NCBI GenBank assembly: GCA_041666325.1
Contig: JBAYHC010000001.1
Span: 201,708 to 265,707, forward strand
Source of the DNA: Patescibacteria group bacterium
Lineage (GTDB): Bacteria; Patescibacteriota; UBA1384; XYA2-FULL-43-10; 1-14-0-10-43-13
Direction of reading: 5' to 3'
Length of the DNA stretch: 64,000 bases
Below the pieces are notes generated by a model. It was not told the DNA's origin. It made no database searches and saw only the letters and a program-made list of their open reading frames with translations. Both the position numbers and the translations under genes were made by a program. The first letter of the stretch is position 1; every line of letters begins with the position of its first letter. This document shows, in pieces, positions 57,907 through 64,000 of the stretch.

Positions 57907-58203
57907 ATGAGAGAAACTTCTAATGAAAATTGTTGCGATCATAAAAAAAGGGCTTTATTAAATTTCAAAAAAGCCCAAAGCCACATAGGCAAAATTGCAA
58001 AAATGATTGAGGATGACAATTACTGCATCGATATTATGCAGCAAAACCTTGCCGTGATTGGACTCCTGCGTTCTGCCCATGACTATCTTATGGAAGGTCA
58101 CTTAAATACTTGCTTTAAGAGAGCAATTGATTCCAACAATGACAAAAAGAAAAGAGAGATGATAGAAGAGATCTTGAGCGTAGCAAAACTACACAGAAAG
58201 TAA
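57907..58203 (+). CDS. CsoR/RcnR-family metal-sensing repressor
   Basis: MIE...YCIDI..Q..AV, HL.TC. Confidence 0.9.
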   Translation: MRETSNENCCDHKKRALLNFKKAQSHIGKIAKMIEDDNYCIDIMQQNLAVIGLLRSAHDYLMEGHLNTCFKRAIDSNNDKKKREMIEEILSVAKLHRK

Positions 58204-58273
58204 GACACAAGCAACAAAGGGGTTGGGCAAAGTAAAAACAATCGAGAGCAAATCTCGACCATCTTGTGGCTTG

Positions 58274-58714
58274 CTAATAGTTCTTCATCTTACGACCAAT
58301 CTCTCGCTCTTGGTCTTTTTTCTTGAGATTTTCCCGTTTGTCAAACTTCTTCAGGCCCTTGCCCACACCAAGCTCAATTTTTGCCTTTCCCCTTGTCAAA
58401 TATAGCTTCAAGGGCAGAAGCGCCATGCCCTGTTCTTGTGATTTGCCGACCAAACGCCTGATTTGCTCTTTGTGCAAAAGTAACTTTCTAGTTCTTTGGG
58501 TGTCATCCGGCAAATTAAAGGTTGCACCAATCCAAAAGATCTCACCACTGATTACCTTGGCATATGAGCTTGTCATATTAACTCGACCCGCACGAATAGC
58601 CTTGATTTCATCCCCTGTTAGAGAGATTCCAACCTCAAGTGTCTCTAGAATTTCATAATCGAATCGAGCTTTTTTGTTGAAAAATTCAACTTTTTTTCTT
58701 TTGGTATCGTTCAT
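58274..58714 (-). CDS. smpB: SsrA-binding protein
   Basis: NKKARFDY, G..L.G.EIK, RKLLLHK, GLKKFDKRE. Confidence 0.95.
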   Translation of the reverse strand: MNDTKRKKVEFFNKKARFDYEILETLEVGISLTGDEIKAIRAGRVNMTSSYAKVISGEIFWIGATFNLPDDTQRTRKLLLHKEQIRRLVGKSQEQGMALLPLKLYLTRGKAKIELGVGKGLKKFDKRENLKKKDQEREIGRKMKNY

Positions 58715-58790
58715 CAATTTATTATAGACAAAAAATTATTTAACTGAATACACAGTTAGGCGTTATTAGTATTCAACTCACCCTGACTGG

Positions 58791-59795
58791 CTATGGCTTC
58801 TTAATGCTTCTCTTAACCGTTGGCCATTCCTGAGCCACAACTGAGATTGAAGCAGCAAGAGGGACAGCAAGTATTGCACCAACAAGCCCGAAGAGCTTTG
58901 CCCCAACAAGGAAGGCAAAAATTACAATCACAGGAGATAGGCCAACCGCTTTTTGCATTACCTTGGGAACAATGAAAGCGCTCTCCAGCTGCTGAACGGC
59001 AAAGTAAAAGACGATAATGAGCAAAGCCTGAAGTGGAGACTCGGTGAAAGCAACTGCAGCAGCCAGAACGCCCGCAATAATTGGTCCTATCGTTGGAACA
59101 AGCTCCAATATACCTGATATCACTGCCAGAACCAAAGCGAATGGTATACCAATAATCAATAAACCGACCAGATCAATCAAAGCAATGATTCCGCCCAGCA
59201 GCAATTGGCCACGGAACCAGCTACCAAGCTTCTGACCGATCTTATTAAAAAGATCTACAATTTTATCTTTTTGCTCGACAGGAAAAAGTGAAACGACAAA
59301 GTTGGAGAACCCTTCTTTGTCAATCAGGAGATAGGCAGTCAAAACAAAGGCCATCAACAGCGTGATGATTCCGCCGAATATGCCCGCGGTTATCGAGAAA
59401 AGATTCTCAGTAACTTTAGTCAAGGATTGCGAAATATTAGAAAGATTTTTTTCAAAAGCGGGAAGAAAGTCTCTCAGTTGGTCAAAGCGCTCAGAATAAA
59501 CAGGCAGTTGTCCGACAAGCTGAGAGAACTGGGCCACAACAGGAGGAACAACCAGGTAGATAACAACCGAGGAAATGAGGAGAATTATGGCAAACATAAG
59601 TACAACAGCCAGAGATCGGTTCATCTTCTTTTCCCACCTATTGATCACAGGATTGAAGGTAGCAACAAGAATAGTAACGAAGAAAAAAAGAGCGAGTATG
59701 TCTCGAATTAAGAAAAGGAAATAAAAAATAAGCAATATTACAATCGTTTTTGCGATAGCCCAAATCGAAATATCAAGCTTTATTCTCTCCTCCAT
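58791..59795 (-). CDS. AI-2E family transporter
   Basis: W.RGQ, P.IGP, QQLE....P.VM...VGLSP, GAILAVP. Confidence 0.92.
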   Translation of the reverse strand: MEERIKLDISIWAIAKTIVILLIFYFLFLIRDILALFFFVTILVATFNPVINRWEKKMNRSLAVVLMFAIILLISSVVIYLVVPPVVAQFSQLVGQLPVYSERFDQLRDFLPAFEKNLSNISQSLTKVTENLFSITAGIFGGIITLLMAFVLTAYLLIDKEGFSNFVVSLFPVEQKDKIVDLFNKIGQKLGSWFRGQLLLGGIIALIDLVGLLIIGIPFALVLAVISGILELVPTIGPIIAGVLAAAVAFTESPLQALLIIVFYFAVQQLESAFIVPKVMQKAVGLSPVIVIFAFLVGAKLFGLVGAILAVPLAASISVVAQEWPTVKRSIKKP

Positions 59796-59861
59796 ACGTG
59801 CTCCTTTCTAGTTTGTACATGTTGTGTCTGACAATGAGACAGCTAGTTGAAAAATTAATCA

Positions 59862-60506
59862 CTATTCAACCACTATCTTAGCATATTGGAATAAAGGTAT
59901 GTTAGTGCCGCTGATCGTCATGTTTTCTATCTCTGAAATAGAGATCTTGGTGTTCTTGTCTGAGATTTGATCGACAATACCACCCTTGCGCTCCATGGCA
60001 GATTTTAGCAATTTACTGTTGCCCATAACTTTTATCTCGTAGTTTTCGAGACTTGCAAATTGGCTCAAGCTATCGCTCAAAACCAACCGCTTGTCGTTGA
60101 CAGAGATAATGTCAGCTCCAATATTTTTGATCGCATTGATTAAGTCAATCACCTGGGGGGCAGCAAGTCTTCCGTTGATACTTATCGAGATACCTTGACC
60201 GGTCATTCCCTCTTCGCCGGTAATAATCGAAAGGCGTCGGGCGTCGCTCTGGTACTTCTCGTATGAGCTCTGCTTTGAAAAAGCAGCATCCTTATAAACG
60301 GAAAGGTCGTGCGTTAAGTCAAAAACCTCACGCCTTAAATCGGCGTTATTTTTGGTCAGCTTTGCCACCTCTAGGGCAATCACTTCGTTGTTTTCCGGCT
60401 GCACCACCTTACGATACTCACTGCCCGAGTAGAACTGAGAGACAATAAATACGCCAAGAGAGAAACAGGTCACAGAAAGGATAATAATATCTATTTTCTT
60501 AAACAT
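59862..60506 (-). CDS. DUF881 family protein
   Basis: N-terminal TM, coiled coil, G.GI.I, IN....GA..ISVN..R. Confidence 0.82.
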   Translation of the reverse strand: MFKKIDIIILSVTCFSLGVFIVSQFYSGSEYRKVVQPENNEVIALEVAKLTKNNADLRREVFDLTHDLSVYKDAAFSKQSSYEKYQSDARRLSIITGEEGMTGQGISISINGRLAAPQVIDLINAIKNIGADIISVNDKRLVLSDSLSQFASLENYEIKVMGNSKLLKSAMERKGGIVDQISDKNTKISISEIENMTISGTNIPLFQYAKIVVE

Positions 60507-60507
60507 A

Positions 60508-61224
60508 TCAATTTAGATTTGTTTTAACTTCGAAACTACCATCATACACTGGCAAGGTAATGTCCTGGTTTTTTGAAATTTCAAAAATTAAACCCTGGTC
60601 CCTCTTGCGGTCATGGACAGAGGTCAGAATTCGTGGATTTGAGATTTGGCTGTAAAGTTCATCCGGATTGCCGATTGCTTCGATCCTGAATGGATTCGAA
60701 ATTCTAGTATTGTTTACAAGGATAGTATTAACAATACAGTCTATGGCAGTATTGGTGACGATTCTTTGACCATTGATGGAAATACCCTCGGCGCCCGCCC
60801 CCCAAAGAGCATTAACAGTATCACGCAGATCACCAGCATGAACAATGGAATCAGCAGACAAAGACCCATAGCTACTATCATCGTAAGTAATAATTAGCCC
60901 TGCCCCGTTTAATTTTGTTAGCCCAGCTTGGGCTTTCTTGTAATTTAGCTCTGATATTTGTTGCTTGCTAAGGCCGATGTCCTCACTGTCCTTCTGCGCT
61001 CTTTCGATCTGAAGTTGGAGGTCTTTGATCTCGGATTTCAATTGATCCTGCTCCTCATAGAGAGCCTCTTTCGTTTCCTTCAGGCTGGAGTAGGGAGCTA
61101 TCGGGTTAGAAACACGAACTGGGAGTGATCGCCACTGGGCTGCAATCAGAACACCTATCATCAGCCCGAGTGCCACCATCAAAGATCGTGACGCAATCAT
61201 TTTTGCTCGCTTGTGTTTGTCCAT
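60508..61224 (-). CDS. DUF881 family protein
   Basis: AGLT.L.G.G, VH..DL...VN.LW.AGAE.ISINGQR, P..I.AIG. Confidence 0.88.
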   Translation of the reverse strand: MDKHKRAKMIASRSLMVALGLMIGVLIAAQWRSLPVRVSNPIAPYSSLKETKEALYEEQDQLKSEIKDLQLQIERAQKDSEDIGLSKQQISELNYKKAQAGLTKLNGAGLIITYDDSSYGSLSADSIVHAGDLRDTVNALWGAGAEGISINGQRIVTNTAIDCIVNTILVNNTRISNPFRIEAIGNPDELYSQISNPRILTSVHDRKRDQGLIFEISKNQDITLPVYDGSFEVKTNLN

Positions 61225-61292
61225 GCATGTGAGTGAATCAGGTTTATCTCACCGATAATGACTATCCCTGACTCGCGGTATTATCAATTATA

Positions 61293-61368
61293 TGGTACCC
61301 CCAGTAAGATTTGCACTTACGACCTTTCCCTTAGGACGGGACTGCTCTATCTGCTGAGCTATGGGGGC
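61293..61368 (-). tRNA. tRNA-Arg(CCT)
   Basis: GCCCCCA/TGGGGGT-ACCA, anticodon loop GTCCTAA; atypical T-loop TGCAAAT. Confidence 0.85.
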
Positions 61369-61532
61369 AAAAGTTATCTAACTTGGCCAACCTGCACTAA
61401 TCAATTTCTGACCCGATCTACGGGTACAAGCAAGACAGAAAGGAACAATTTCCTGTTCTTTCTTTCTGTTATCGAACGCTTTCGTCGCACTTTGATTTAC
61501 TATACCAGATATGATATATTTTTTCGAGAGCT

Positions 61533-61609
61533 CGGGGTGTAGCGTAGCCTGGTAGCGCGCAGGATTCGGGTTCCTGAGGTCGAGAGTTCAAATCTCTCCA
61601 CCCCGACCA
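61533..61609 (+). tRNA. tRNA-Pro(CGG)
   Basis: CGGGGTG/CACCCCG-ACCA, anticodon loop TTCGGGT. Confidence 0.95.
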
Positions 61610-61759
61610 CAAAATCAAGATTTGAACCAGGAAGGGGTCGGGAAATCTTTCGTAGATGACCCTGTGGGCATGAGTTTCCTGCTCGAGGAAGGTTGGGAAA
61701 CCGAGGGTTTCCCAAAGCGAGACTTAGAAACGAGCTTGTGAAAATCTCTCCACCCGACC
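61590..61759 (+). repeat. Short palindromic insert bracketed by duplicated tRNA-Pro 3' end
   Basis: aaatctctccacc(c)cgacc at 61590-61608 and 61742-61759. Confidence 0.7.
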
Positions 61760-61852
61760 GAATATGGTCTCGAGCAATCTAGGCCATTTTTTGAACCGTA
61801 AAACAAAAAGTCACCCGCACTATTGAGGGTGACCCTTTGTTGTAAACGATTA

Positions 61853-62125
61853 TTACTTAATCGTTGAGCGAAGAGATCTGCTTGGTTTGAATCTAGGCAT
61901 CTTGGTCGCCGCAATGTTTATGGGCTGACCAGTGCGTGGGTTAACTCCCGTTCTGGCTTTTCGTTGTCCGACATCGAAGGTTCCGAAACCAGTAAGTGTT
62001 ACTTTTTTATTCTGAGATAATTCACTTGAAATTGCATCGAGCATTGTCTGGATACCAACCTCTGCTTCGCGACGAGAAAGACCAGTTTTTCGTGCTACTT
62101 CATTGATTAATTCACTTTTATTCAT
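61853..62125 (-). CDS. hup: HU family DNA-binding protein
   Basis: MNKSELI, GFGTF, R.G.NPRTG, P.FKPS. Confidence 0.95.
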   Translation of the reverse strand: MNKSELINEVARKTGLSRREAEVGIQTMLDAISSELSQNKKVTLTGFGTFDVGQRKARTGVNPRTGQPINIAATKMPRFKPSRSLRSTIK

Positions 62126-62162
62126 TGTAACTATTCACCTCCTCTCAGTGACATCTAATAAC

Positions 62163-62969
62163 TTACACCGGATAAACGCAGGAAATCCTTTCAACGGTTA
62201 TAGCCTTTTTCGTTTCTCTATCTATAGATACGAGCACGGCGTTGAAAATGCTATCTCCACTTGCCACTTTATGTGATTTAGATAGCTGTGTCAAGAACTT
62301 TTCAATAATGATTTCCTTGTCCATCCCGATAACGGAGTCGTATGCGCCGCACATGCCCGCATCGGTGATGAATGCCGTTCCTTTGCCGAGAATTCTCTCG
62401 TCGGCTGTTTGAACATGTGTGTGGGTACCAACTACAGCCGAGACAAACCCATCGAGATAGTTCGCTAAAGCAATTTTCTCGCTCGTCGCCTCAGCATGAA
62501 AGTCAACAAATATTAGACTACCCGCAGCCTTTTCTGCAATACCCTTACCCCAGGTAAAAGGATCCTCAACCTCATCCTTCATAAACACACGACCGATTAA
62601 ATTAACTATTGTGATCTTCTCACCATCAACGGTCAGCTCGATCACACCTCTCCCGGGTGCACTTTCTGGGTAATTGGCAGGTCTTGCCACATAGGTCTTT
62701 TCATCGTTTAGATATGGTATAAACTCAACTTTATCCCAGATGTGATTACCGGAGGTAAAAACGTCGACACCAGCTCGACTCATCTCCTCATATTTACTGA
62801 ACGTCATGCCAAAACCAGCGGCTAGATTTTCACCGTTGGCAATCACCAGATTGACCCCTCTCTCTTTGCGAATTTTTGGAAGCAAGTCAGCAACCGCTCT
62901 TCTGCCTGGCCGGCCGACTATGTCGCCAAGGAATAAGATTTTAAAATCTTTCTTTTCTGTCACAATCAA
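62163..62969 (-). CDS. ymdB: YmdB/TIGR00282 metallophosphoesterase
   Basis: GDIVG, NGEN, GNH, DFHAEATSEK, GTHTH. Confidence 0.92.
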   Translation of the reverse strand: MIVTEKKDFKILFLGDIVGRPGRRAVADLLPKIRKERGVNLVIANGENLAAGFGMTFSKYEEMSRAGVDVFTSGNHIWDKVEFIPYLNDEKTYVARPANYPESAPGRGVIELTVDGEKITIVNLIGRVFMKDEVEDPFTWGKGIAEKAAGSLIFVDFHAEATSEKIALANYLDGFVSAVVGTHTHVQTADERILGKGTAFITDAGMCGAYDSVIGMDKEIIIEKFLTQLSKSHKVASGDSIFNAVLVSIDRETKKAITVERISCVYPV

Positions 62970-63045
62970 ACTTCTTTCTGATTAAAACTGCAGCCCAAAA
63001 TATATCACAACATATCATACTTTTGATATTTTCTGGAGTCCTCTA

Positions 63046-64000
63046 TTATTTGGCGTATTCAATAGCCCGAGTCTCACGGATAACGGTTATTTTGACCTGG
63101 CCTGGATATTGAACCTCGTCCTCGATCTTCTTGGCGATGTCCCTCGACATCTTCTCTGCTGTCAAGTCATCAATTTCTTGTGGAATAACTATTACCCTAA
63201 CCTCGCGACCGGCCTGGACAGCATAAGACTTTTCGACACCTGAGAAAGAATTGGCAACTCGCTCCAGCTCCTGTAACCGCTTAACATAAAGTTCGAAAGA
63301 TTCGCGCCTTGAACCGGGACGTGAAGCTGATATAGCATCAGCAACCTGAACAAGTATGGCGGCAATACTCTCTGGCTGAACATCCTCGTGGTGAGCTTCA
63401 ACTGCGTGTATTAGATCAGCAGGAAGCTTAAATTTGCGACAGATATCAGCAGAGATAACAGCATGAGAGCCTGGCACCTCATGGTCAACTGCTTTACCAA
63501 GATCGTGCAAGAGACATGCTTTTTTAACAAGCGTGACATCGGCGCCCACTTCTTCGGCGAGCAATGCCCCAATACGCGCTACCTCCAACGAGTGATGAAG
63601 TTGGTTTTGACCAAAAGAAGTTCTAAACTTCAATCGCCCGAGTATCTGCATAATCTCTTGTGGCAGGCCAGTCACACCCACCTCATAGCAGGCCTCTTCA
63701 CCGGATTTTTTAATATCGGCAGCGACAACTTTCTTCGACTTCTCAAAAACCTCCTCAATTCGGGAAGGATGGATTCGCCCGTCAGATACAAGTTCCATAA
63801 GTGTTACTCTGGCAACTTGACGTCGGACAGGATCGAATGTCGAGATTACAACGGCTTCTGGGGTATCGTCAATAATGAGATCAACTCCCGTCACCTTCTC
63901 GAAGGTCTGAATGTTTCTTCCTTCTTTGCCAATTATGCGACCCTTCATCTCCTCACTTGGCAAATGAATGGCAGAGATCGTCGCTTCGGAAGCTGTTTCC
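63046..64000 (-). CDS. rny: Ribonuclease Y (5' part outside window)
   Basis: KGRIIG.EGRNI KH domain, LLHDLGK HD domain, ADAISASRPG. Confidence 0.95.
   Translation of the reverse strand, partial: ETASEATISAIHLPSEEMKGRIIGKEGRNIQTFEKVTGVDLIIDDTPEAVVISTFDPVRRQVARVTLMELVSDGRIHPSRIEEVFEKSKKVVAADIKKSGEEACYEVGVTGLPQEIMQILGRLKFRTSFGQNQLHHSLEVARIGALLAEEVGADVTLVKKACLLHDLGKAVDHEVPGSHAVISADICRKFKLPADLIHAVEAHHEDVQPESIAAILVQVADAISASRPGSRRESFELYVKRLQELERVANSFSGVEKSYAVQAGREVRVIVIPQEIDDLTAEKMSRDIAKKIEDEVQYPGQVKITVIRETRAIEYAK

Overview
Bacterial chromosome segment whose gene content and compact organisation point to a Patescibacteria/CPR genome (inference). Housekeeping content includes hisS, thrS with a compact T-box, rplY, rnhB, typA, rsmH, queH, smpB, HU, ymdB, rny, a dut-tmk-glyA-thyX thymidylate operon, pfkB-ahcY, four tRNAs, tmRNA and a probable 6S RNA. 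Accessory highlights: (1) a ~9 kb serine-integrase island in the tmRNA 3' end (8-bp core TTGGTGGA, integrase C-terminus swapped by integration). It carries OLD-nuclease, DUF4238 and HATPase-STAS-membrane genes plus an unannotated multi-stem RNA whose unpaired guide is antisense to the ribosome-binding site of a downstream PD-(D/E)XK-like nuclease. (2) An isoprenoid cluster (dxs, idi, polyprenyl synthase, two UbiA) coupled to a 7TM histidine kinase and a SemiSWEET. (3) A four-helix-bundle gene bracketed by inverted heptamer repeats. (4) A leaderless HTH-Hsp20 fusion with a probable operator and an internal start. (5) A high-GC lipoprotein gene behind a consensus AT-rich promoter, plus several REP/MITE-like palindromes. 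All calls are by eye from motifs; no database searches were run.
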